From Hamiltosporidium tvaerminnensis FI-OER-3-3 (taxonomy: Eukaryota > Fungi > Microsporidia): 64,000 nt of DNA. A program made the translations under genes and the position numbers. A model generated the notes under the pieces. That model was given only the letters and a program-made list of their open reading frames with translations, was not told the DNA's origin and ran no database searches. Numbering within the stretch: the first letter of the stretch is position 1; each line of letters opens with the position of its first letter. Below are positions 24,225 to 34,280 of the stretch, one piece after another. The DNA lies in the NCBI GenBank assembly GCA_022605425.2, contig CM061246.1:558001-622000 (forward strand), written 5' to 3'.

Positions 24225-25526
24225 CAACAGGTTGATTCTGCCTGACGAGGATGCTTGTCTCTGGGATTAAGCCATGCAAGTCTGGTGAAGCGAAAGTGGA
24301 ACTGCGAACGGCTCAGTAGAACGGTGATTATTTAATCGTGTAGGAAGGATAACCGCGGGAAACTGTGGCTAATAACACGAGTAAGACGCCGACCCATCAG
24401 TTTTATCGTACGGTAAGGGCGTACGATGGCTTTAACGGGTACGGGGGATCAGGGTTTGATTCCGGAGAGGGAGCCTGAGAAACGGCTACCAGGTCTAAGG
24501 ACAGCAGCAGGCGCGAAACTTGCCCAATTGGAGAGAGGCAGTTATGAGACGTATATTTTGTAACCGGGGTAGAATACCGGTGATTGACTGGAGGGCAAGT
24601 CTGGTGCCAGCAGCCGCGGTAATTCCAGCTCCAGGAGTGTCATAGTGCATTGCTGCATTTAAAAGGTCCGTAGTCAGTGTTGACAGGGATGCTAGAAGAC
24701 ACTTTCTTCATGGAGTGTATTGGCATTCTAGGTTAGCATGTAGGAGCGGAAGAGGGCGACTGTATTGCGTAGCGAGAGGTGAAAGTTGACGACCTACGTA
24801 GGACAAACCGAAGCGAAAGCTGTCGTCCAGTACGTTTCCGGTGATCAAGGACGTAAGCCGGAGGAGCAAAGGTGATTAGAGACCCCTGTAGTTCCGGCCG
24901 TAAACTATGCCAACTGGGTGTTACGTAGTGGTACCCACGAGAAATCAAGTATATGGGCTATGGGGATAGTACGATCGCAAGATTGAAACTTGAAGAAATT
25001 GACGGAAGGACACCACCAGGAGTGGAGTGTGCGGCTTAATTTGACTCAACGCGGGACAACTTACCAGGGCCAGTTGTATGACGAATCTTTGATGAGTACG
25101 ACTAAGTGGTGCATGGCCGTTCACAACATGTGAGGTGACTTTTAGGTTTATTGCTGTAATGTGTGAGACCCTCAGCTACGGCGACTGGGGACTATAAGTT
25201 TCAGGAAGGAGGGGGCTATAACAGGTCTGTGATGCCCTTAGATGTTCTGGGCTGCTCGCGCACTACAATGTTATTTCTAGGTATATTGTAAAGATAAAGG
25301 ATAACTCGGTTGGGATTGCGTTCTGTAATGGACGCATGAACCAGGAATTCCTAGTAGTCGCGTGTCACTAACGGGCGACGACTGCGTCCCTGTTCTTTGT
25401 ACACACCGCCCGTCGTTATCTAAGATGGTGCTATGTTCGAAGAGGGTTTTCCTTCTGAGGACGTAGGATTAGATTGGATACAAGTCGTAACAAGGTTGCT
25501 GTAGGAGAACCTGCAGCAGGATCAGT
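24225..25526 (+). rRNA. Small-subunit (16S-like) rRNA, microsporidian
   Basis: Starts caacaggttgattctgcctgac; universal gtgccagcagccgcggtaattccagctcc, aaacttgaagaaattgacggaagg, tgtacacaccgcccgtc, aagtcgtaacaaggt; ends gaacctgcagcaggatca. Reduced length of ~1.3 kb. Confidence 0.98.
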
Positions 25527-25559
25527 GCTAGTACTTTTATTGTGTAGTTTTTTCATATT
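25527..25559 (+). other. Internal transcribed spacer (~30 nt)
   Basis: Short T-rich segment between the SSU 3' end and the 5.8S-like ggatcacttggctc motif; boundaries approximate. Confidence 0.8.
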
Positions 25560-27233
25560 AAACTCATACAAGGGATCACTTGGCTCCGTATCCGAGGAAG
25601 GCCGGAATAGTTTCCGAGAACTAAGGCCGAACGGCATTGTAAATGCCTGACTACCCCCTGGACTTAAGCATATTATTAAGGGGAGGAACAAAAACTAACT
25701 AGGATTTCTGTAGTAGCGGCGAGCGAACAAGAAATAGCCCCGAATGTAAGCCTCCGGGCATTGTTAAGATCGTCGTAACGAATTACCGGGACAGGTAAGC
25801 CATAGAGGGTGATAGCCCCGTAGTGACGAGTAATGGGCAGAGTAGGGTTGCTTGGTAATGCAGCCTGAAGAGGTGGTGGGTTCCATCTAAGGCTAAATAT
25901 GAGCGGAGACCGATAGCGTAATAGTACAGCGATGGAAAGGTGAAAAGCTAAAAAGTGCAAAGACGTGAAATTGTATTGAGTATCCTGATAACAGGACCCG
26001 TCTTGAAACACGGACCAAGGAGTGCATCTGCATAGCAAGTTAAAGGGGGGTTTCCTTTAAGCGTAGCGAAAGCAGATATAGCTGTTCGGATGCGACCCGA
26101 AGGGCTGTGAACTACACCTGGCCAGGTTGAAGCCATTCGAAAAGATGGTGGAGGACCTAAACTTGTTCTGACGCGCAAATCGATGGTTTGAGCTGGGTGT
26201 AGGGGCGAAAGACCAATCGAACAGCCGGGTAGCTGGTTCCCATCGAAATGTCTCTCAGGACAGCAGACACAAGTTACTTAGTATTATGCGGTAGAGGAAC
26301 GGCGGGATGAAAGGGGAGCAATCTCCACATACCGACGAACTGCGAACGTGTACGTGTTATTCTTGTACTAAAGAATAGCGATTATATATGTGTCTAGTGG
26401 GCGCGTTCTGGTAAGCAGGACGTGCGAAGAGGGATCAACCTGACGTACTGATAAGGGGCCTAATCTGGTTTTTCTTAAGGCCGTAGATGAATTGTGACAG
26501 TAGGGCGGTGGCCATGGAGGTTGGCATCCGGTAAGAAACGTGTTGCAACGTACCTACCGAATTCATGTGCGCCGAAAATGGACGGTACAAGGCCAGACCC
26601 GATGCAGTACTTATAGGTAGATGGGCGTGGTGTATGTGCAGAAGGTTTACCGTGAGGTAAAGTGGAGCATACACTAGTGCTGATCTTGGTGGTAGTAGTT
26701 ACAATTCGTGTGTGAATCGCGAAGGCTTCAGGAGAAGGGTTCTTCTAAGATTTCATAAGGAGAAGGTTAGCCGGTCCTGAGATCTCGACAGGGAATCGGG
26801 TTGATATTCCCGAGCCATCTAGGTATTTGGCAACAGTAAATATGGTGTTTACGTCTTAGGCACGACAACAAGGAGGTACCCATTCCTTGTAGCAGTACTG
26901 TATGTAGCGTGTTGTACAGAGCAATACAGGCATATGCGATTGTCTTAGCTGGGATCCGTGAAAAAATACCTTTATGACCTAGATGACCGTACCGACCGCA
27001 GCAGGGCTCCGTACGGTGTATACCGGAAGCGATAGGACAAACGTTAGTTAGGGAATTCGGCAAATTAGATCCGTAACCTCGGGAAAAGGATTAGCTCTAA
27101 GGAATTAGAACTTTTAGTTACGGGGAATCCGACTGTTTAATAAAAACATAGCTTTGTGGTGGTGTAGTACGTGGACACAAAGTGAATTCTGCCCAGTGCC
27201 CAGCTGTTAAGACAGGTCGGGCTGTATACGCAG

Positions 27234-27287
<54 letters not shown>

Positions 27288-27384
27288 CCTAATTAGTGAC
27301 GCGCACGAAAGGAGCAACGAGATTCCCACTGTCCCGACTAACAACCTGCGAACCCACGAGCCAAGGGAACGGTCTTGGCTATGC

Positions 27385-27421
<37 letters not shown>

Positions 27422-27697
27422 GTGACGCCGGGGTCTTGTGCAGCTGTAGCAAGGTGGGGCAACTGAAAGACCACTAGCTGTGCAAGCGACCCGTATTTGT
27501 CAGATGGGGAGTTTGACTGGGGCGGTACATCTGCTAGACTACAACGCAGATGGCCTAAGGGTGGCTAACTTCGGAGAGAAACCGAGGGTGTAGTCCAAGG
27601 GCAAAAGCCACCCTGACGTATTACTACACGGTAATACGAGGGGAAACCCAGGCCTAGCGATCCCATTGCTTACAGAGCATCTAGCAATGGGTGACGT

Positions 27698-27729
<32 letters not shown>

Positions 27730-27833
27730 AGCCGAGCGACCATAGCGACGCTGCTTTTTGATTCTTCGATGTCGGCTCTTCCTATCATGGTGCAGCAGAA
27801 GGCACCTAGTGTTGGATTGTTCACCCACTAACA

Positions 27834-27871
<38 letters not shown>

Positions 27872-28175
27872 TAGTTTTACACTACTGCTACGGTACTAAG
27901 GGAGCAGATGCTAGTACGAAAGGAACGAATCTGCAGGACCTCTTGTCGTGCCTATATCTGGTAAGGTACGGGCTAAGCAACGTCCTGGTACGGAAGAGCT
28001 GAAGGCCTCTAAGCTTCAACGTGGCCCTACTGTACTATCTAGCATGAAGACGACGTGCTTGGTGCTGCAGCTGTAATCCACAAGATCGCGAGTGGATGAG
28101 GCTAGCAAGCACTCATGACGAGAGATGATCACCACCTCCACGTGGTTCTCGTTGGGTAACGCCAAGAGTGATCAA
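25560..28175 (+). rRNA. Large-subunit rRNA with fused 5.8S-like 5' domain
   Basis: ggatcacttggctc (5.8S-like), gacttaagcatat, acccgtcttgaaacacggaccaagg, gtaactatgactctcttaaggtagccaaatgcctcgtc, PTC cagggataactggct...gatgtcggctcttcctatcat, sarcin-ricin loop tagtacgaaaggaac. Ends approximate. Confidence 0.96.
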
Positions 28176-28466
28176 ACAAAAAAATGTAAAGAATTTAAAA
28201 CTAAAAAAAAAGTAAACAAAAAAATGATTTCAAAAAAAATTCAAATCGGATAAATACAACGAAAGAAACATTTTAGCACCTTACCAAAAAGGATCTAAGC
28301 AAAAAAACGCAAATGCTTTTTTAACATTAGGCATGTGGCATTTAAATAAATTCCACTAATTATCACTTATAAAAAGACACATACCAGATATGTTTTAAAA
28401 TATCACTTTTTAAAGATTTGAGTCTTTATCTATTCTGGATATCTCATTACCAATTTGATTTTTAAA

Positions 28467-28482
28467 TATATTTATCCCTTTA
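28467..28482 (+). repeat. Target-site duplication of LINE copy 1, left copy (right copy 33923-33938)
   Basis: tatatttatcccttta immediately precedes the ORF1 ATG and recurs immediately after the (TTTA)n tail. Confidence 0.85.
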
Positions 28483-30135
28483 ATGGGTAAAAGAAAAATA
28501 TCGGGAGCGGTTGAAAATCGCAAAAAATCAAAATGTGAGAATACGGGTGTGAAGAGTAGGAATTTCGACGACTTTGTTTCCAGCTCATCGAGGACTAGCC
28601 ACCCTCGAGTTGTGAGCCCAATCGACTGTTTTTTTTCGGCATCTTCGAAACAGAAGGAGTGTGCGGCAGCCACGCACAAGGAGAGTAAAAAGTGTACAGA
28701 TAATAGGGATGTAAGGAGTTTTTTTGGGACAAGCATGCCAAAGCACACACAGGATGTGCCGCTGACCAGCCAGCGAAGTTTCCCGGAGGAGAAAGAGGCA
28801 CAGACTTTGTCTGTTCTTTATGCACTTGCTTCTGAGAAAATAACACTCCTTGAAAAAAGAGTGGAAAAATTAGAAGAAGAGGAAAAGAGATATAAAGAAT
28901 CTCTTATGTTGGCAAAGACCAACTCGATTGCTTTAAAGGTACTCTTTAAAGAAGTTGAGAAGCTACGTAAAGTAGCTAAAAGGTCGCGTAGGTGCCGTAC
29001 TCACAAGTGCATGATAACGGCAGTAGCACCTGCTTCCTCGGTTAGGCTAGAGGCAGGAGCCAGAGACCCTCAGGCTGATCCAGCAGCCAGCGAGTTAGTC
29101 TGCAACGCTGCAGAACTAACAGAGAAACCACCCGAGCAGAATTTGGTGGTAAATGAGGCGAAATCTCAGTCTTTCGGGCCAACCTTGGCCGCACGATCTG
29201 CAAAGGTAAAAGCTCGGTCTTTGGATAAACAGGTCGTGTTAAGGACTGGCAGTTCTACTGATCTGACTGCAAATGCTGGTGACCCTCTTGCCGCTGGAGT
29301 CTGCCCAGCGGAAGTGCAGATCTGCAACGCAGCAGAATCTCAAGGCTTACAAATTCAACGTGCAATGAATGTAAGCCATCAAGGGGCGAGGCCTGTTGAA
29401 TGTGGTACGGGCAATACCACACTGCCTCCGATAGCAACTCCTCGTTCTATCGAAAAAAAGTTACCTGAAAAGACTTCCGTAAGTGCTTCAGGAAAAGGTC
29501 TTATGGATAAAAAAAAGGAATTATCCAAGAGTAAAGCAACTGGTAACCCAGCCAGTAAACCGAGAGCCGTCAAATTGCGGACTGCCAAAAAGCCTTCCTT
29601 CGATCGTACTAAGGCACCTTCGAAGCAGAGTAGAGGGAAACTTAACTTAAACAGAGCACAGTGTGAGGATGTTGTGCAAGGCAAATCACCATTTGTCTTG
29701 AATAGGTTTGTGCTTCTTTACTTAGTTGGAGTTAAAGTAAACAAACCCGCTTATTTAAGAGCAGTCTTAGAGAACGGGGGCGTTAAATCTTACTACGTCA
29801 AGCACGTAGGCTTCACTAAGGAAGGCCTGTTAGAGTTGCTTGTGAATGCTAACAGTGTGGATAAAGTTAAAGCCATTTTTACAGGCTTTAAAGATGTTAA
29901 GACGTTTGATAACTATCTTAACAGAGGCAGTCTCGAAGAGATTGGAGAGCGGTTATCTGACCTTAAGCGCAGACTCTCATGGGTCGAGCGATTTAAAGAT
30001 AACCCGCCGGTTAGGAGGTTCCTTAGCATTCTGAAGCATACTTCAGCTCAGAATGCCTCTCAAGAAGCCTCGAAAATCTTCTACGGACTAGAAGATATGG
30101 TACTTGAGGAGCCAAAGAGCTCCTCTAGCCTATAG
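28483..30135 (+). CDS. LINE ORF1 protein (coiled coil, basic disordered linker, putative RRM-like C-terminal domain)
   Basis: 550-aa ORF preceding ORF2; heptad-like ITLLEKRVEKLEEEEKRYKESL; beta-alpha-beta-beta-alpha pattern in FVLLYLVGV...LLELLV...VKAIF; no CCHC knuckles. Confidence 0.85.
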   Translation: MGKRKISGAVENRKKSKCENTGVKSRNFDDFVSSSSRTSHPRVVSPIDCFFSASSKQKECAAATHKESKKCTDNRDVRSFFGTSMPKHTQDVPLTSQRSFPEEKEAQTLSVLYALASEKITLLEKRVEKLEEEEKRYKESLMLAKTNSIALKVLFKEVEKLRKVAKRSRRCRTHKCMITAVAPASSVRLEAGARDPQADPAASELVCNAAELTEKPPEQNLVVNEAKSQSFGPTLAARSAKVKARSLDKQVVLRTGSSTDLTANAGDPLAAGVCPAEVQICNAAESQGLQIQRAMNVSHQGARPVECGTGNTTLPPIATPRSIEKKLPEKTSVSASGKGLMDKKKELSKSKATGNPASKPRAVKLRTAKKPSFDRTKAPSKQSRGKLNLNRAQCEDVVQGKSPFVLNRFVLLYLVGVKVNKPAYLRAVLENGGVKSYYVKHVGFTKEGLLELLVNANSVDKVKAIFTGFKDVKTFDNYLNRGSLEEIGERLSDLKRRLSWVERFKDNPPVRRFLSILKHTSAQNASQEASKIFYGLEDMVLEEPKSSSSL

Positions 30136-33100
30136 TCAGGACTGTCGGAACTGTTGACACCTGCCAACAGATAAAGCCGTGCAAAGCAGGTCCCGCGGTA
30201 TACTCTGTCTGGGGGGTACCGCATAGGCATCGTAGTGTTTTTGCTGAAACACTAGAGGCGAGAGGTTCCAAAGGTACGTATGTCAAGCGAGTTATACAGC
30301 GAGATGGACGTAGACGACTTGATGTGACTGTTGAGAGTGGGATAGACCCGGAAACAGTGCAAGCTGTGAGTAGGAAACATCTTGGGTACTGCAAAACCCA
30401 TACACTAGGGAGAAAAAAGTCTGTCAGAATTTGCACGGAATCGTATAGTAATCTTAGATTACTTACGCTAAATGTAAATTCCTTTGGATCAAAACGAGAG
30501 GAGGTTCTAATGCTGACCGGTAAACTCCACCCAGACATTCTATGTCTCCAAGAGACATTACGCTACACAGGGAATTCTCGGAACGTTATTCCGGGATACG
30601 AGGTGATTGAAAGCTTTGCCAACAAGGAGGAAAAAGATGGTAGAGGACTGATTTTAGCTGTGCGTCGTAAGTTAGATCTTACGCTATCTTCAGTTGAAGT
30701 ACATCCTAACTTCTTGGCTGGCATTGTGTGTGGCAAAAAAGCGTCTGGTGGCTGGTTTAAATTGCTTGTTGTTAACGTGTACATTCCTCCGAAATGTTCA
30801 CTATACGGCAACAGAGCGGAAACGCTCGAAGCTCTGGGATCTTTTCTTGTTAGCGAAAACAAGAAAAACGGTTTGGATGATATTCTAGTCATGGGCGATT
30901 GGAATATGACTCCAGAAGAGGCTGCTAGGTTCCTGGCTGTCAACAACCTCTATTGCACGAATAAATGGTTATTCGAAGCACCGCGAGCTACACGTGCAGC
31001 AGCACACGGTGCCAATAGATGCATTGACTACTGCCTGTTTCTGAAAAGAGAGTGGGCGGAGGTAGTTAAAGTGCACAGGAAATGGGATATATCGGATCAC
31101 CTTCCTGTAACTGTTGACGTTAGGGTGGACACGCTCACACGAGCTGTACGCAAGAAAAAGCTCTTCTTACGCAAGTTTGTTGAGCGGTCACTTGCCGAAA
31201 AGCTTATAAGCTGTCCGACCTGGAACAGTTTCGGTCACAATACGGATCATGGGATTTATGTGGCAGAAACTGTTAAAGAAGTAGCAAAAAAGTTGGGTCT
31301 TGAAGGTACTTTTTCAGATGGAAATAGTTTATTTTTGCCTCGGAAGCTTAAAAAGACTATTGACGATAGACGGAGAGTTGCTTTCGAAATGAGAGCCGGC
31401 CGAGCTCATCCGAACGCCTATGCTGTCCTCAAACGAAAGTGCGAGGAAATGAAGCTTCTATATAGGCGGCAGCTGAGAATAAAGTGGGCACAAAAAGGTA
31501 TTGCGGCGGCAACAAACCGGTGCATGAGAGATGTGTGGCAGTGGACCAGAAGGTCTGCTGGAATGCCCAAATTCTCGGCTGCCAATCGCACGGTTTTGGA
31601 TGAAAAAGGCCAAATTGCTTCGGATGAGCAGACAGTGTTGCAGGTCTGGTACAACCACTTTCGTTCCTTAGCAACAATGAATAATGAGTTACATAGCAAA
31701 GACACTCAATCTGATTGTCTTATCGAGGATAACAACGCTCATTATAATGATTTGATTGCTTGGCAAGAGGTTATTTCAGCGCTGCACGAGTCAGCAAACA
31801 ACAAAGCATGTGGTTTAGATGAGGTACCAGTAGAAGCGTACAAAGCTCTACTAATGGATACTCATGGCGTAAGTCTGATGGCACAGCACATTTTACATGT
31901 GCTGAACGAGGCCTGGACAAATAGAATACCTGACAGCTGGAGAGTGTCAGTCATAGTACCGGTACCGAAGAAAGGTGATTTACGAAAGCCTGGAAACTAC
32001 CGTGGAATTTGTCTGATAAACACTCTTCTTAAACTGCTGTGTAAGGTTGTGGAACGCCGAATGCGTTTGTATGCTGAGAATAATAGCCTCTTGTGCCGGG
32101 AACAAGCTGGTTTTCGTACTCGAGAGGAATGTGTTGCTCAGGTGGCAACTCTTTTAGAAATTCAAAGGAGAAGATTTATTCGAGGTAGAGAGACTGTTTG
32201 CCTATTTATCGATTTCGAAAAGGCTTACGATAGAGTTCCTCATGATCTAATCCTTTTGAAACTAAAAGAGCAAGGCTTTTCTGGAAAACTCCTAAGATTC
32301 CTTAGAGATCTGTACACTGATCTACAGGTTGGTGTCAAAGTAGGCGATAAAACAACAAGCCTATTCCCATATAATATCGGCCTCCGCCAAGGCTGTCCGC
32401 TATCACCTCTATTATTCGATCTTTATATCGATGACATTTTTAGAGGTGTTAATGGTATAGCATGCGAGGGTCTTAATTATAGGGTTCCGGGTCTGTTGTT
32501 TGCCGATGACACTGTCCTGCTCGGTGATGATGTGGCTGCCGTACAACTCAGTATGGATAAAGTGATGAGGTGGTGTGAGACCTGGGGAATGCGTATTAAT
32601 ATAGATAAGTGTGGGTTGTTACTTCCCCCGGTTCTTACAGTTAACGTAATGATAGGTAAATCAGCAGTCCTGTTTGTCAAACCTAAAAATACCTAGGCAT
32701 TGTGTTGGCCCGCACGTTTTCTCTAAAAGAATTGATTCTTGGGAGAAAAAAGGCTGTGTTTCCGGTCCGAAAAAATGCTATGCCATTCCTCTGCAGATCA
32801 GAAGTTCCGCTTTATTTTAAACTTCTGATTATAAAAGCATGCATTATACCCATTGTAATGTATGGGAGCGAATTGTGGGGAATGAGCAAGGTCAGAATAG
32901 TATCTGTAGGTTGCGGCGTTACACGCTCTTTGGCAGCAGCTTTTGGATGTCGAGAGAATTTTGCCCAGCTGGCAGCTTTCAGAGAGTGTGACATCCAGCC
33001 TTTATATGAAAAGGCAGCTATGTCACGTGTAAGAGGCTTTTTGAAATGGCAAGAAAGCAGAACGATCATCCGGGACTTGCTCAATGGTAAGTTTACAGCG

Positions 33101-33715
33101 AGGAAGAGGACGTGGGTTACTCAAACCCGAATCTGGATGAAAGCTTATACTGGAAGTCCTTTATCGGGTTTGAGTAACAAAAAGAATAGTCTCTTTATTA
33201 AAGAGGCTATTGTTAAAAGACAAGACCGAGCCGATAAGTCAGTTATAGGTGGCTTACGTAGGCTGTGGGGTCTTAATAGTGGTTATAAGTGGATCTACGC
33301 AGAGCTAAACAACAGGGTGTTAGCTAGCAGTATTAGGATGCTGCGTAGATTCAGAATAGGACTGGTTAAATTTAGTCCGCAACTGGCAGCTTTAGGAAGA
33401 TTACCGAATAGGTATAGGGAACGCTGTCCATGTTGCGAGGAACCAGTCCGAGAAACTTTGTGCCACCTAGTGTTCATGTGTAAGAGGTGGCAAGTGGAGC
33501 GGTTGATGTTTACAGCTCAGGTTACGAGAAAAGTTGTAAAATGTTTGAAATCTTCTGATGCTGTAGGGAATTTAGGATTAAAGGTGTTAGGAGTGCTCTT
33601 GGAAGGGGAGTGGCAAGCTGCTGGGCTGCAGCAAAATCGAGTTGGCATGGCTTTGGTGAAGTTTATTGGAGCAGTAATGCCTCAAAGAAGACAGATCCTT
33701 AATGGTTTGCAATAA
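30129..33715 (+). CDS. LINE ORF2: AP endonuclease, reverse transcriptase and C-terminal CCHC finger; one frameshift near 32675-32690
   Basis: APE motifs TLNVNS, ILCLQET, VVNVYIP, VMGDWN, CIDY, ISDHLPV; RT motifs QAGFR, FIDFEKAYDRV, GLRQGCPLSPLLF, LLFADD; CPCC...ETLCHLVFMC. The frame is open from 30129. Copy 3 reads through the frameshifted region as VETYRYLGI. Confidence 0.95.
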
Positions 33716-33778
33716 GACCAGGTTGTGTTAACTTAAAATGTGTATGTGTGGGATAAAGGGAGACGTGTGACCTTCTAG

Positions 33779-33827
33779 AACCGAAGTCCGATTGCGGATA
33801 TGGTGGCTATACATAGCCGGGTCGGTT
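33779..33827 (+). promoter_or_regulatory. Three-way-junction RNA structure in the LINE 3' UTR
   Basis: P1 aaccga/tcggtt, P2 tccg-attg-cgga, P3 ggcta-taca-tagcc; compensatory changes in the relative at 34098-34146. Confidence 0.75.
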
Positions 33828-34052
33828 TATAAGGAATTTTGTGTGTTGTAGATTTGGCTGATCTTAAGGAAAATAAACCGAATTTTATTTATTTATTTTA
33901 TTTATTTATTTATTTATTTATTTATATTTATCCCTTTATATATAAGTAAACTATTTTCAAAAGACAGCATCGAGATTTTTAATTGAGAAAAAATCAGTAT
34001 TTTTATTTATCATTTCTTTTCCTTTGCTTCAAAGTTTTCAAAATTTTTAAAT

Positions 34053-34280
34053 CTAAGACTTGTACTGTTATAGTTTTCTTACCTGTATATATTCTAGAAC
34101 CGAAGTCTAAATGTGGATATGGTGGCTGTACACAGCCGGGTCGGTTTTATTGGATTTTTGTTTTTGAGTGTGGTTCATGGTATGGAAACGAATAGCTTAG
34201 TTTCCCTTTAAAAACAATACAACGAGTAGTGCTGAAAACTTTTTATCAATAAAGCCGAATTTTATTTATTTATTTAAAAA
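34053..34280 (+). mobile_element. Short element matching the 3' UTR of a related LINE (extreme 5' truncation or SINE-like partner)
   Basis: Shares the ~55-nt structured core and the aataaa(g)ccgaattttatttatttattta terminus with copy 1 but differs in between; possible degenerate TSD aaaattt(t)taaat at 34040-34052 and 34281-34292. Duplicate at about 61840-62068 on the minus strand. Confidence 0.7.

Larger units (their letters stand above)
28483..33922 (+). mobile_element. Full-length APE-type non-LTR retrotransposon (LINE), copy 1
   Basis: ORF1, ORF2 (APE-RT-CCHC), structured 3' UTR, AATAAA, (TTTA)n tail and a 16-bp TSD; visibly GC-richer than the host DNA. Confidence 0.96.

Noticed and set aside
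24733-27063. Minus-strand ORFs overlapping the rDNA
   Set aside because: Chance antisense ORFs of GC-richer rRNA sequence.
27255-27290. Possible R2/R1 insertion or intron within the LSU
   Set aside because: The target ctcttaaggtagccaaatgcc is uninterrupted and the LSU length leaves no room; the LINE lies outside the gene.
28410-33477. Antisense ORFs within the LINE, such as 30125-30538 and 30563-30946, repeated in copy 2
   Set aside because: Their recurrence reflects DNA identity between copies; non-ATG starts and no domains.
33779-33827. Hammerhead or HDV-like ribozyme, or tRNA, interpretation of the three-stem motif
   Set aside because: No CUGANGA/GAAA core on either strand, no nested double pseudoknot, no cloverleaf or T-loop consensus.
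33983-34195. 70-aa ORF duplicated at 61926-62138
   Set aside because: TTG start, spans the boundary of the short element, and is duplicated only because of the inverted repeat.
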